Notes under the pieces: generated by a model
Database searches by the model: none
The model's input: only the letters and a program-made list of their open reading frames with translations
Told to the model about the DNA's origin: nothing
Part shown: piece by piece, positions 12,613 through 27,714 of the stretch
How the letters are laid out: every line of letters starts with the position of its first letter
Position numbering within the stretch: the first letter of the stretch is position 1
Translations under genes and position numbers: made by a program
Assembly: GCA_964252035.1 (NCBI GenBank)
Contig: OZ176213.1
Source: Podarcis erhardii
Lineage: Eukaryota
DNA: 64,000 bases
Reading direction: 5' to 3' (one strand)

Positions 12613-14284
12613 CACCACGCCATTCTCCCTGAGTGATTTTGATTTGTGTCCTTGAAATAGGACTCATTATAGCCTTTATTTCCCTAACATGCTGGATTAA
12701 GAAGAAAATCAGACAGATAAAAGACTAGCAGATGAACTTGAAGCTCCGTTAATCAAGAACATGTGGCCATCTTTGATTGAGGAGTGCTGGGTCATGTTGT
12801 TTGCAAAAGCCATCAAGAAAGTCCTTAGCAGCTTTTGAGAGGGTAACTGATCCATTGTGATGCTTCATATGCATGATATTAGGGAGGACTTCAAAAGAAA
12901 GACTTCAGAAATATGCTTTTGATAGGAAGCCTTTAAAAATGATATTAGAAAGATACCAGCTATGGGAAAGGCTTCCAGCGAAAGTACCGTAATTGTGGGG
13001 TAAGTTAAGGATATAGATGATGAAATAGTTGGGATGGGTCAGGTCAACTGAAGCATGGCCATTTATGAGCAGATGACAGCAGGAAACAGGAAAGATATTA
13101 GGGCTGCTAGTGGAAAGATATGTAGAAGGGTGATAGAAAAACAAATTAAATAGTAAAAAAACAAGTTTAGTCATACATTTAGTCAAAACAAGATAGTATG
13201 AAGACTTGACACATTGGGGAAAACACAAGTTGGGCACAAGTCTCTTGTATGCCATATGGTAGCAAAAGGGTGGGAGATTCCCAGAGCAAGAAAGGGAGGA
13301 GCAAAAACCTAAAATGGCAAGTATTGGGGCTTTGAGGAGCATTTAGTCACAACTGACCATTTAAGAGGAGACTTTATTGCATCTGATCACACAACACCTT
13401 CTGGCTTGGTAAGACTCCTCCTACCTATTAGTTGACTTCATCAACCAAATAGTGTAGATTTCTGCTGTTTGCTTAATATGTTGGATTATTTTTAGCATAG
13501 GTTGTGTACATTGAAGTAATGTATTCCATATGAGAAGTGTATTAATCAAAGTGTGAATAAAGCATTGAAAAGGCATTCTATGTCCTTGTCTCTTGTTACC
13601 AATACTGGTGGTAACTGACAACTGGATAAACATACCATTTTCGTTCGGTCAGGCATTTCAACCACAAAAATTTCTAAAAATATATAAAAAACAGTAATTG
13701 GTAATCAGTAACCTGTTTGGCTAACACTCACTGTGCCATCATATTTTCTCTCTGCTTCTCTCTGTGTCACCATCTGGCGGACCACAGGCTCTCTATCACC
13801 GATATAATGTATTGCTTACATTGCCAGTTACTATACGCCTTTGGAATGGGTGCTGTTTGTTAAGGTCTAAAATTTGGCCATGGCCAAGGCTATTTCATTC
13901 TTTTAAGAACTGGAAGATGTTCAGCCGATAGAACTGAAGCTATGTTTCCCATCACAAAGCCGCAGCGACGACAAAAGGGGCAACTGCCCAACAACTCAAA
14001 TGGTTAGTAAAAACTGAGATCTATCCAGAAGCAAGGGTCAACATGGTTTTCAAACTGTGTTCCACTTCCAGTAACCCTGGAGTTCCCAGAAAACTAAACA
14101 AGGACTTCTCAAGATAACACTGGTCATGACAGAGAAGTGAAAAGGCACCTTACCATCCTCAGCTTACAATTTCCCTTTGATACACAGTGTTGGGTATGTC
14201 CCAGGGTACATGCAGGTGGAACAATAATGGGGCCCAAGACGTCAGTTCAATGCCCCATGTGAAGGCAGTGTGCACACCTTAGAA

Positions 14285-14595
14285 GAGGGATGGGTAACCT
14301 GTTTCAGTTTGAGGGCTACTTTTCCTGCAGTGCAGCCTTCTGGCAGGTGTGGCCAGAGGCAAAAATAGCCAAAGCAATGTGTGGACATTTTACAGTAAGC
14401 CAGTTTCTACACTTTCTCCTTCCATCTAGACAAGTAAGAGGCATTAGCTGAGTTCAAGGACATAGTCCAGCCAGCAGAAAAAACACCTGAGGAGAACGCC
14501 AAGCAGGACCGGTGAAAGGTGTGGCTAGGGAGAGGGCCAGATATTCAAGCCCCGAGGGCCGCATTTGGCCCTGGGCCTGAAGTTGCCCACTCTTG
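14285..14595. mobile_element. Non-autonomous hAT element
   Basis: Degenerate TIRs (GGGATGGGTAAC / GTTGCCCACTCTTG) and perfect 8-bp TSD CCTTAGAA. Confidence 0.72.
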
Positions 14596-15008
14596 CCTTA
14601 GAACAAGCCCCCAAAATTTTTGCAGTGCAAAGAGCTTGCAGTATTTGTTTAGGAGTTTCCTCAGTGGAAAATAGAATAGTCTGTGTATTCTCTCAAGCTT
14701 CAAAGCCAGGGGCCTCTCAGAAGATATGTAAGTATGTATTTTTTCATCCTGAGGGAGAAAATCAGTTTTTGTACTGTTCCCACAGGGACGACATTTGGAC
14801 ATCAGAAATTATTTCTGACATGCATGCTGAAGCTTTTCCGGAGAAACAAGTTGTCACAGTGCCTGGAGGCTCCCACCGGGTTAGTAGTAGTCCCACTGTG
14901 CATCTGGGGTGTCCCAGTGCCTTTTTTTGGGGTGCAGTAGAGTCATTGTTGCCCTCATGACCTGTTTGTGGAGATGTGTGTGCTTTGTGGTTGGTTGTGG
15001 GGAGAGAC

Positions 15009-15402
15009 GTTGCCATGGTACCTAAGGTTGCCATGGCACCCTACTAGGCTGTGGTAAGGCACCCAACTGGTGAGAGCAGTTGGCATGGCAACCTCGGGGG
15101 GGGGGACTGGCATCAGGCTTCCTCCTCCCCATGCTGCACCGGGAGGTGGGGCAGAAATGGCCCACCAAAGGCTCCTTTATGGGGCGGGTACCGTACGCAG
15201 CCCCAGTTCTGATGGTGGCCACGTCAGTGGAGAACATGGTGGTGCTCATGCCCCCTGCTAGGGTATGGCGGAGCAGGCGTCATGACTAAGTCGCCATGGG
15301 GAGGAGAGAGGGATGCTCCACGTTTGCCGCGAGGAGCCCTCCCTCCTAGGAAGCTGGTTGCCATGGCGCCGCCTTAGGCGAGGATGCGGTTGCCATGGCA
15401 GC
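15009..15402. promoter_or_regulatory. Cluster of RFX (X-box) motifs
   Basis: Matches to GTTGCCATGGCAAC: GTTGCCATGGTACC (15009), GTTGCCATGGCACC (15027), GTTGGCATGGCAAC (15079), GTTGCCATGGCGCC (15357) and GTTGCCATGGCAGC (15389), plus a half-site GTCGCCATGG (15290). Confidence 0.7.
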
Positions 15403-15639
15403 CAAGCGGGAGGAGGCGGAGGCAGCGGGGTACCGAGGCGCCAGCCTCGCGACCTCCGTCCGCCAGGGGCCGCTGCGGAAACACAGAGAACAGCAGCCGC
15501 CGAAAACCAAACCAGAGCGGTCGACACTCTGTCCTCTGACGCTTGTCGCTCGGTGGTTCCTGGGTAAGTCTCCGCTTTACTGCGGCTACGCTCCTTCCGC
15601 TCGCGGTGCGGTAGGCTATGGGGACTCGTTGGTAGTGCC

Positions 15640-15712
15640 TGACGTCACTCACCCTCTCCTCCTCCTCCTCTTTCTTCGGCGGAAACATGGCGGCGGCCTC
15701 CGCGGAGTGAGT
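15640..15712 (+). promoter_or_regulatory. Housekeeping-type core promoter motifs (CRE, ETS-like, YY1) and a first-exon donor
   Basis: Palindromic CRE TGACGTCA at 15640-15647, GGCGGAAA at about 15678-15685, YY1-type AACATGGCGG at about 15684-15693, and donor GTGAGT at 15707-15712. Confidence 0.6.
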
Positions 15713-17694
15713 TGTGGAGGCGGGCTGCTGTTCTTCCCCCGTCAGGGGAGGCCTGGGTGGGAAGCGGCGAGGCGGGACCTCTCCCTGCTCGACCCTTCCG
15801 TCGCACCCGCGGAAGCCCGAGTTTGGGGGCGGGAAGGGTTGGCTGGGAGGGGAGAGTTGGCGCTGCTCCCCTCGCCCCTCGCCGTGGCCTCGGGTCCGCA
15901 CCTGCCCAAAATAGCAAGGAAGTTGAAACGTTCAGTGTCTACCCGGGGAAGCAGCACCTAGAAATCCCTTTGAAAGACCATCTTTGAGCAATTTAGCCAG
16001 TATCGTGTCGAGGGTGCCCCCCCAAAAAAACAATTCATAAATAAATCTAATGCTTGAAAGTTCCCAGAAGTCGCACAGCTACCCGTGGAGGAGGAGGATG
16101 CCCACTGTCTCTGTTCAGGCTTGGCTGTCCTCAGCCCGTGTTTCCTTCGAACCAGCATCTGCTGCTTGCCCATGTCTGCTTCACAATATAGAGATGCGCA
16201 GAACCGCCCATCCTTAGAGGAGGCTGCGTGTTACATCTCTGCAGGAGTTGCTGTGCCTTCATTTCCTCCTTCTAATCCTTTGGCTGGCCTGGAACAGTGA
16301 CTTTTTGTAGAAACCAAGGTGGGTTGAGCGTCATTGAGGGTGGCTGATTACCTAGGAAGGTGCCCTATACTGAGTCAAACCATTGGTTCGCCAAGGTTGC
16401 AGACAGATCTTTCCAAACCTATCTTCAGATGTGAGTGTTTGAGTCCGGGACTCTTTGAATTCAAAGGATGTGCACTGCCACGGTGCTATGGCTATTTTCC
16501 ATAAATGCTACACACACACACACACAAGTTTAGTTCTACCAAGGCACACTTTTCTGTCAGATCTTTGGGGAACACTAGATAAGAGTATTTGGACTTGGAG
16601 CCAGGTGACCAGGATTTAAATCCCCATTGAACCCTGAATCTGGCTGGGTGACCTTGGGCCACTCACTAGACTCAGCCTAATCCTTTCTCTAGTGGTCAAG
16701 TTGTAAAAGAGGGGGTCCTGAACTCTGAAAAGCATTGGAAATCCATGCTTCTGCAGTTTTGCTGTCATCTCTAACCTCAGCATCTCTTGCATGGCACCAT
16801 GAAGATATTTTTTTGTTAAAGCTTGCTTCTAGTGTAATATGTTAGAATGATGTAATTTGGTTCTGTGCTGCTGTTGTTTCTAGAGTACTTTTTGTTGTAT
16901 AATAGCAGGCATTCATTTTCATGATACATACATGTCACTCCAGAGAATCTTCATGTTTCATTTCAGCTCGTATTTCCTGAGACACTGTATTAATAGATAT
17001 AGCTGCCTAGCTGTTCTGTTGGGCCAGATCATCTGTTACTTTACTGCAAGAGTGCATAGAAATATTGAAGTGGGAAGAAGTTTTCTTACTCGCCAATTCC
17101 TTCTTGCAAAATTTTAAATGTTTGTAACAAATGTATTATTACAATTCTGGCTTTCCCAGAAAGAATAAGGCAATGATCAGTTCTCATATGTGTTTTGTTA
17201 AAGCCCAGGTATCCCCTTCAGGCTTTGTATATTGAATACATGTAAACAGCTGCTGGCCAGTGCGTAGGCAGACATTCCTTTGGCACTCAATACAAAGAAC
17301 TGGGCAGAACATTGATGGGGAACTTTGAGATGTGGCTACAAATCCCATTATCCCAGACCATTGGCTGTGCTTGCTGGAACTGATGAGAATTGGAGTCCAG
17401 CAACATCTCAAGAGCCATAGGTTTTCCATCCATGGGACAGAGTGTTATGCCACCTTTAAGCTAACAGAGGTATTGTTTCATAAGCTTTCATGGGCCAGAG
17501 TCCTACCTCACCCCATTTGACATACTAGATTTACCTATAGTATTTATTGTTGTTATATGAACCATGATATATTTATTCTTAAAGAGATGCTGTGTGTGAA
17601 TCTAACACTGACTTCTATTTCCTTTGATCTCTACAATTTGATTCTCACAGCAACCACACCCTTCTTTTCTTGGACAGCATGATATGCCTTTTGA

Positions 17695-18885
<1,191 letters not shown>

Positions 18886-18941
18886 TAAGAAATCCTGTCG
18901 ACCAGGCTGTTTTGAGTTTTTGTGTGTGAGTAACAAGGAGA

Positions 18942-19297
18942 GAGACGCGGGTGGCGCTGTGGGTTAAACCACAGAGCCTAGGACTTGCCGATCAGAAGGT
19001 CGGCGGTTCAGATCCCCACGATGGGGTGAGCTCCCGTTGCTCAGTCCCTGCTCCTGCCAACCTAGCAGTTCGAAAGCACGTCAAAGTGCAAGTAGATAAA
19101 TAGGTACCTCTCCAGCGGGAAGGTAAATGGCATTTCTGTGCACTGCTCTGGTTTGCCAGAAGAGGCTTAGTCATGCTGGCCACATAACCCGGAAGCTGTA
19201 CGCCTGCTCCCTCAGCCAATAAAGCGAGATGAGCGCCGCAACCCCAGAGTCAGCCATGACTGGACCTAATGGTCAGGGGTCCCTTTACCTTTACCTG
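18942..19297 (+). mobile_element. Sauria SINE, full length
   Basis: Head GAGACGCGGGTGGCGCTGTGGGTTAAACC, tail CCCTTTACCTTTACCT, and TSD ACAAGGAGA (18933-18941, 19298-19306). Confidence 0.88.
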
Positions 19298-20985
19298 ACA
19301 AGGAGAGAGCTCCTGGATCAGGTTGAGGGTCATTCTATTCCACCATTCTATTTCCAATAGTAGCTGGCAAGATGCTTCTGGGAAGCATCCAGGGACAAAG
19401 GCAATAGCCCTCCCATGTTGCTTATCCCTCCAGCCACTGTATTTTATATAGTCAAGTTCCTAGTCAGGTTCCTAACCCTTAGAACCAGTCCAGGATATTT
19501 GAAATAAAAATGACATTTCTCCTTCCTTCAGTTACAAGAATTTAAATTAAAGTTGTCATTTAACCTGCACTCAATATAATTCATATTCCTGGAGCCCTGT
19601 TCCTATTGCATCTCTCCACTTTGCTTCAATGGCCGTGTTGTGTGTTTGTGTATTTATAGTTACTATTGTGTTCCTGAACGCTCATTGAACAAAGGTTCTA
19701 GAAACATATAAACTTGAATCCTATATGGACCAAGTGATACTGTTTGGCTGCTGGAACTAAAGGAAATAGTGTCCTCAAATGTAAATTTCACTAGTCTGTG
19801 AAAAGGGGGGAAACCTGCAATCGTATATATTATTTAGTGAAAACATTTGTACCCTGCTTTTTAGCCAAAAAGGCTACCTATAAAAATGTGGCTTCTCATT
19901 GCAACCACTCAGCTGGGGAGCCTATGCTGTAGCATTCTGATGGTGACTCTTTCACAACTGTCTCTTATGAAATCTGCAGCAGCTTCCTTTCCAAAATGGA
20001 GCAAGAGCCCTGTACTATTAAATAGAGTGGGAAACAGCTGAAGAAAGGAGGCATGCATGTTCATGCTGCTGGGTGGGCTGGTTTTAGTTTCTTTCTTTTC
20101 TTTCCTGTTTGTGATGTTGATTGGTGTAGAAAGGTTAAAATTTTGATTTCCCCCCCTTGCTCCTTTATTATTATTACTTTAAATCAGCCTAGCCAATTGT
20201 GAGTCATGCCTCTCCTTCCATTAGGCAAGATTGATGGCCTGTTACTTTGATTCATCTGGAGCTCTTTTTCCCTTCCCAGCCAAGCCAAGAATGGGTTGAA
20301 ACAGTGCTTCACAGAAACATACAAAGCTACTTATGCCAAGTCTGACGATTGGCCCATCTAACTCAGTATTATCTACACTGACTGGCAGAGGCTGGTTTCT
20401 AGCAGGAGTCTCTACCAGTTCTACCTGGTGAGGCTGGGGAATGAACCTTGGACCTTCTGTATGCAAAGCCACTGAATTACAGTCCTTCCTGGCTACTCCA
20501 CTCTTTGCTGCCTGTTGGAATAGTTGCACGAGGGTCCTTTTTCCATTTCCAAGCACAAATCAAAGTGCTGGAGCTTGTGTTTCAAGCCCTACACGACCTG
20601 GGACCCAGGTGTCCGGGAATGGGGTCTGTTCCCCCACATCAACCTGCTCGGCACTGATACTTTCTTCATACCCTCACCCATGCACAATGAGCGATGAGGG
20701 ATACAACATGAAACAGAACTGCAGTAGGTTGCAAAGTGGAAAGATGTCAGCGGAGCTAAGAAACTCTTATTAGCTGCAAGTCAAATGGCAGCATTAATGT
20801 TCTAATATAGGGCATGATCTGAGGGCACATGGGGCTGCCACCTTGCAGAAGCTATTCAGGTCTGGGTTTGTTCAGTGGTGGGTGCATGAGCACCTGGGAG
20901 CCACATGTATGTTGCCTTGGGTCCCACGATGGATGGAAGGTGGGGTATAAATGTAAGAAAAAAAACACAGAACAGAATTGTACTA

Positions 20986-21306
20986 CAGTGGTGCCTCGCA
21001 AGACGAAATTAATCCGTTCCGTGAGGCTCTTCGTATAGCGGTTTTTTCGTCTTGCGAAGCATCCCTATTAGCGGATTAGCGCTATTAGTGGCTTAGCGGC
21101 TTTTAGCGGATCAGCTGATAAGCGGCTTAGGGCTTAGGAAAAGGGGGAAAAAAGGGGAAAAAACCCGCAGGAACTCGCAAGACATTTTCGTCTTGCAAAG
21201 CAAGCCCTTAGGGAAATTCGTTTTGCGAAGTGCCTCCAAAACGGAAAACCCTTTCGTCTAGCGGGTTTTCCGTCTTGCGAGGCGTTCATCTTGCGGGGCA
21301 CCACTG
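20986..21306. mobile_element. Tc1/mariner-type MITE
   Basis: TA|CAGTGGTGCCTCGCAAGACGAA...TCTTGCGGGGCACCACTG|TA, with internal TTAGCGG-like tandem units. Confidence 0.8.
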
Positions 21307-24088
21307 TATGTGGTTGTTTGCCACTGAGACTTAAGACTTAAAAAAAAATAAAAAAATATCTTGGGTCCCCACCATCCCTGACCATTGGTTAAGCTGGCTG
21401 GGCATGATTTGATCTGGAAGCTAGCAACATCTGGGGACCTAAGATTGAGGAACACTGTCTTCTTGTCAACCTAACATCTGGTAGGCTGAGCCATGGCTGG
21501 GCTTTCTCAGGGCCTTGTGGCACCCCACTTGTGCAATTCATTTTCCAGGGAGGCTGGCTTAGCACCAGCACTGTTCTCTCTTTAATCTCTGGTGGGTTTA
21601 AACTCCTGCTAAAATTGTTTTAAAGTGCTACCTTTAACAGTTGCTTCATTGATTACCATGGTTCTATCATTTTACGATCTGTTATAGGGGCTTAGGGGTT
21701 TAGGTTCATTAGTCATTAGTTTGGTTGTGACTCACTCAGTTGTGCAATGGGTCCCAGCAGATAGACAATTTTCTTTTTTTTTACTGAAGTGTTTTTAAGA
21801 GACAGGGAGAGGAGAAGGGCAGCGAGTGAGAGAGGAGGAAGAAAAGTGGGCACAGGGAAACATGGACATTGAAAGTAGGCCTGTGTTGCAGGTTAGACTT
21901 AAAAATGGGTCAGGGGATTGAAAAGGTTGATCTTTGTGCTGGTTGATCAATTTGGGTTGTTATCTTGCAGTCAGTCACCTTGCTCTTCAGTCGTTAAATT
22001 TGACCGTTGAGTCCACTGATTGACCTTTTCAGATAAATGACTGGTGTAAGAGTTTCCATGAATGACAACCATACAGTCTGATTTTGTCCACCTTTACCTG
22101 GAAGTAAGTGCTATGTGGCTTGCTTCCTGGTAAAGTGTGCATAGGCCTACAAGATGAATGCAAGTTAGTAGTGTGGCAATGGGTCACCAAAGGCCCACAG
22201 TTCTTGGTATACAAATGTTTCCCTTAGAGAGAGGGCTGGTATGGTGCAGTGGTCAGGGTTAGGTTGAGACATGGGTTCAAATGCCTCTTTAGCCACAACG
22301 CTTTGCGTGGACTTGTCACTTTCTTTTTTCAACCTACAACTCTACTGAGATCAATTAATATCTCTGCTGCTGTGTATAGTACTGGTTGACAGGACTGGCT
22401 TTGTGTAGGGATTCATAGGAATATTGCAAGAATGAGACAAAGTCTAGTATGCAAGCTGTGGGTGGTGGTTGGGTGGAAAGGCCGTAAAAAGGCCTGGATA
22501 TATGTAACCTGGATGCCAGATTAAAATTGCTAATGGAAGCGCATGCTGATTAAATTTAACATATTTGTTGGAAAGGCTATTGGAGAATGTGAGCTCTGTT
22601 ATACACAGGACAAGAAGCAACTTATTGGTAGGCTCAATGTAAGGTTCTTTAGAATCAGTGGAATAAGCTGGCTGAAAAGTTGTGGTTTTCCAGGAAAGAA
22701 GGGAGAGGTATTTATTGGGGCTTCTTCTGCACTCTCCAGAATCCTGCCTTTTTGAGGTCAATAAGCTGCATCTGTAAGACACTGGGTTGGACCTAGCACT
22801 TCCCTGCAAGATTTGAGTTTTCCCAAGGGGAAATCAATAGGGTTCTTGGGCACTTCCAGATACATTTTGTTGAGTAATCAATGTGAAGTGTTGGTCTTCG
22901 TTGTTGTGTGGGATCCATTAGTGGTCTTTCACATTTATTATGATAAAGAGTGCTAAGTGAAAGTTGGTCGTCCAAAAGTTGCAAGCACCTATTGTAAGGG
23001 TGGGGAACCTTTGAGCCTTCAGGTGTTGTTGAAGTACAACTCACATCCGCCATATCAGGCATGGCCAGAGACTTATCAGTGTTTCAGTTCAGCAATATCT
23101 AGAGGGTCAAAGGTTCCCCATACCTTATCTGTTGTATTATATCTGAGATGTCACTGGTTCCACTAAAGGTTGAATATGCAGGTCCAGGAAAGCTAGATGG
23201 TGCTTTCAGGATTTCACTCTCCACCTCCCTGCAAACCCCCCCCCCCCCAATCTTTGACAGTGATTGGAGTAGCAGAGAAACAGCAAGAGAGGATGTGGAG
23301 GGTAGGGCTTAGATTGCCAGTAGCAGGCAATTGACCCTGGCATGGTGGCTACAACAACAAGCTGCATTCCTTCCTCCCTCCATGACTTTTCATGGACTTG
23401 AAACTTTTCCTTTATAAAAAGAAAAGCGGATGCAAGGATTCTGGAGATGCCAAACTCAGTGCAGACTTGAGTAATCGGTCTGTAGACATGCAGAAATAAA
23501 CATAGACCTGATCTTTTGTCCATAGCATGTTACCTAGGGAAAGATTTCTTCACAAGTACCTAGGTGACTGATTGCAAAACCAAAATGCAGCTTTTGGACA
23601 TTCTTGGATAAGAACGCAAGTAATTCAAAAGAAATAGTTAATGGCGCTCAGTCTTTCATTTCCCCAGCAGCGGGGGACCCTGAAGGGTACACCATTTACA
23701 GGCAACAGTGGAGCACAATGCGCTTTAAAAGGTTCCTCTCGGCATGTTGGAAATATTAAGACAGGGAAAGAAAATAAGTGTCCCCCCCAGCCCCTCCCCA
23801 AATAAAGCCTACCAACTCTCACCTTTCTGCATATACAGGGGGAAATAATTCATTGCCAGCCACCACCTGGCTTAAAAATCACTTCGCAGCAGGAGCTAAA
23901 ATTAAATCTGCCACTCTGAAAAAACATTTTATGTTTGGCAGAGAAAGGAAAGAGCAACATTGATGTGTCCAGTTTGAAATAAACAAAACAAGAATTGGAG
24001 GAATTTCACATTGCTTTGTTAATAATTTGACGGTAGTTAATAGCATAGTTAATCTGTCGCCCATTGCGATGGCTGGAAGTTACAATGA

Positions 24089-24442
<354 letters not shown>

Positions 24443-25139
24443 TGAGCCCTTTGGACCGTGCATGGTTGCCCAGTCAGTTTGCAAAGCCAGTGAAGCTGGA
24501 GAGGCTAAAAACTGGCTTCATATCGAGCTCTCTGGCTCAACTAAATTTATTGCTATAGTGCCATTGGTGTACATGGGTTTAATAGGAATGATGATGATGA
24601 TAGCAAGCATTTATGTAGTGCTGGGATAACCAACATGGTGCCCCCCAGATGTTGCTGGACTTCAGCTCCCATTACCCCAACTAATGTGGCCAGTGGTCAG
24701 GGATAATGGGAGTTGTAGTCTGTCAGCACATTAGATACCCTCAGTGTAGTGCTTTAACATGTTCCAAGTGCTTTACATACATTATCAGTCATCCTTAAAC
24801 AGCTTTATAGGGTAAGCCAGTAGTTTTGTCCTCATATTGCGGAAAGTGAGGCTGGGGATGCTGGGTTACCTAAGGCCAGCTTGTAAGTTCATGGCAGAGG
24901 CAAGGGTTTGTTCATTGTTGCTTTTTACCAGACTGAGGTCCCTCAACCAGAACCATAGTGTGTACAACGGGAGTGGAGCCATGGGCAAATGGTGGCCTAG
25001 GGTGGAGCTGATTACCTCCTGTACCCCAAGAGGCAAATATTGGGATAACATGTATATGCAACTGAAATTTACTTATTAATTGTAGCACAAAAACACTGTT
25101 TCATGTTGCAGTAGCCACCTGACTGGATAACTGTAACAT

Positions 25140-25560
25140 ACACTACTTGGGGCTGTTCTTGAAGACTGACTGGAAACTGCAGCTCATCCAGAATGTGGTT
25201 AGCTGAGTGGCACAACCCATTGGGACCACATAGCACTAGTTCCAAAGAACCTGAAAAGGTTGCCTGTGTGTTTCTGATCCCAGTTCACAGTGTTAACATT
25301 GACTCTGGACCCCCTGAATGACTTGGGCCATAATACCTTTATCTGTACCAACCTGCCCAGGCTTAAAGATCAGCATGGCAGGCCCTCTTGTGGTTGCACT
25401 GCCAGGTGAAGTGGAAGGTGTGGTGATGTGGGAAATGGCCTTCTCTGTGGTGCATCCCTGCCTCTGGAATACCCTCCCCACAAAGATGCATCGGTGCCAA
25501 CTCTACCTGGCTTTAGTGCCAGTTTAAGATTAATATTTTTATTCACGCTTTTGGATGAGT
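25140..25560 (+). mobile_element. Degraded L2-type LINE 3' fragment
   Basis: KLQLIQN-like and AFSVV.P.LWN.LP-like remnants. Confidence 0.55.
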
Positions 25561-25856
25561 TGTGGCCTGTTGCTGATTATGTTTCACCTGCTGCCTTTTA
25601 CATTGTATATGAATTACTTTTAAAAGGTTCGTTTTATGCTTAGAATTGCTTTATGATAATTGCTTAACATGACTGGTGTTGACCTGTTTTGTTATTTTAT
25701 AGCAACTCTGTAGATTTGAGGGGGGATGGATTAGAATAAAATCAGACAGCAGAACTACACAAAGATGAGATCAAAGGGAACCAATTAAGACTCCTGTTTT
25801 ACAAGTGAGGAACACTGAGGCTGAGACAGAAGCAATTAGCAAACGGCCAGCCAGGC

Positions 25857-25899
<43 letters not shown>
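25857..25899. repeat. (CATACA)n(CA)n microsatellite
   Basis: Visible tandem array. Confidence 0.9.
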
Positions 25900-27714
25900 T
25901 ATTCAACTATTGAGAGTGAGAAACTCCTGCTGTCCTGCAGATCGCCCAGAGGACTAGCAGATCTACTTTCTGCTAGCCTCTACTCTAGCCACTGCATTAT
26001 TATGGCCCTTTGTCTGGCTTGAGGAAGACCGGGGTATACCAAAGGAATTCTGGAAGAGAGATGTTCTAGCTGGGAGTCTATATAAGAAGGGTGGGTGGCA
26101 TGAGAGCCAGCAAAGTCCATGCATATGGCACAATAAGGCAAATAATGATTATTTGTGAATTGTACACTTGAGTCCAGTGACGAGAGCATAACACTCTCTT
26201 CTATCTCCAAGGCAAGAAAACTACTTTAGACTGTGTACTGGAAAGCATTTTCTAGGCAGCTCAACAAGAACAAGGTCTTCTTTGCCTCCACCTGCCTGTC
26301 CCTCATCTTTACATAATCTAAACAGCATCTGAGGGTGGTTTTCCCCATCATCTTTCGACCTTGGAGGAGCCATCTGTAGCTTTAAACTTTTCCACTTTCA
26401 TGTAGCTCTTAGAGAAAACCTGTATTAATTTGATGGGTTCCTAATCCATCCCTTTCCTCCCACATTTCTAGTTTCTGCTGTATTATGTATCTTAGGAGCT
26501 CTTGAACCTGGGAAGGAGCCAATCTGTATCCGTTAAATTCAAGGCTACCTCCAGAAAGCAAAATATGAGTGCTGTTTAAGGGGAATAAGGCAGCCAGTTT
26601 GTTATAAAGGCTTTTAATTATTGCAAGGCTGAAAGCTTTGACTTTTAGATTAATCAGCTAAAGCTTTAGTTGATTAATTGGTGGGAGTCAGTGTAGATCA
26701 GTAAAGCTGTAGGTTGATGACAGGTCTTTGACCTCATGCTCATCAGAGTGGAGCATACTAGCAAGGGTTAACTCTTCTAGAGGCAGGATCAAACTTTTAG
26801 GGGGGTGCAATAATGATGGCCAGTCAGAAGGGGAGTGAGCCTTCCTCAAGTATCCAAACTTAACTCTGCCTTCAGCAAGACTGCAGAGTAATCCTCTGAC
26901 TCTTGTATGCTACCATCATAGGTGCAGGGCCCCATTTTTGCTAGCTCTTAGGATTTCTTTAAAAACAGCTTTGGGTTGCATGTGTTACTTTAATGGAATC
27001 TGCAAAAGAATATATTAAAGGTTGCTTCTCCTTTCAACAATGTGCAGTGGCTGTGCTGCTTTTTTTATGTGCTTTTATCTTGTTGTGAAGAAGCAAAATA
27101 AAAAAGGCACCTAAATTGAATGCATATGCATTTAAGTGATTGGCTCATGCAGTAGCATCAGGAACCTCCTTCCACCTTGATTTTATCTGTTGGGGTCCCT
27201 CCCTGGAGACATCTGCATTGACATGGAACCTCAGGTCTGTTGCAGAGGATTTTGGATAGTGCTTTAGGACTCCCACTCACTTTGTTTGGCATCCTGCCTG
27301 AACACGTTGCGTCTTATTGTTGCCCTGTGTAAAGTGAGTCTGCACCTTAGAACTTGGCCAGAGTAGTACGCCTGTGGTGAGCTGTTGCAGGGAAATGAGC
27401 CATAAGGATAGGCTCACTGTCTTTCAGGGAATCTTCTCCATTGCTCATCTTCTCACTGAGGACCCCATAATGTACTTCCAGGGAACGAGCACACTTTGAA
27501 CACAGTTGCACCAAACAATTGCTGCTTAAAATGCGGGTTGTTTGTCAGGAAAAAAAAAATACTGTGTAACTCGAGTGGAGAATCCTTGGCTCGCCAGATG
27601 TTGTTGGATTACATCTTCCATCATCCCTGACCATTGGCTTCACTGACTGGGGCTGCTGGGACTTGGGAGTCTAACAGCATCTAGAGGGTCACGGGGTCCC
27701 CAACTCCTGCTATA

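Larger units (their letters stand above)
15000..15950. promoter_or_regulatory. CpG island, DET1 promoter and first-exon region
   Basis: Abrupt GC/CpG-rich stretch about 1.8 kb upstream of the DET1 ATG exon. It contains splice donors GG|GTAAGT (15563/15564) and GA|GTGAGT (15706/15707). Confidence 0.85.

Noticed and set aside
12700-13640. Purine-skewed ~1-kb stretch with a 145-aa minus ORF and a CFIHTL (hAT CxxH-like) peptide
   Set aside because: The plus frames have multiple stops and no coherent transposase, gag or viral motif series. It needs tBLASTn or a Dfam search to interpret.
14698-14879. Two plus-strand segments flanked by AG/GT signals (14698-14727 and 14786-14879)
   Set aside because: The intervening intron would be only 58 nt, I recognise no product, and such signals are common by chance.
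1-15000. Search for the miR-7 hairpin known from the region upstream of DET1 in mammals
   Set aside because: I did not see the mature sequence TGGAAGACTAGTGATTTTGTTG or its complement. It probably lies outside the window.
15374-15987. Several long ORFs on both strands of the CpG island (up to 188 aa)
   Set aside because: GC-rich sequence is depleted in stop codons. Only the donor-bounded part at 15395-15563 was kept as a hypothesis.
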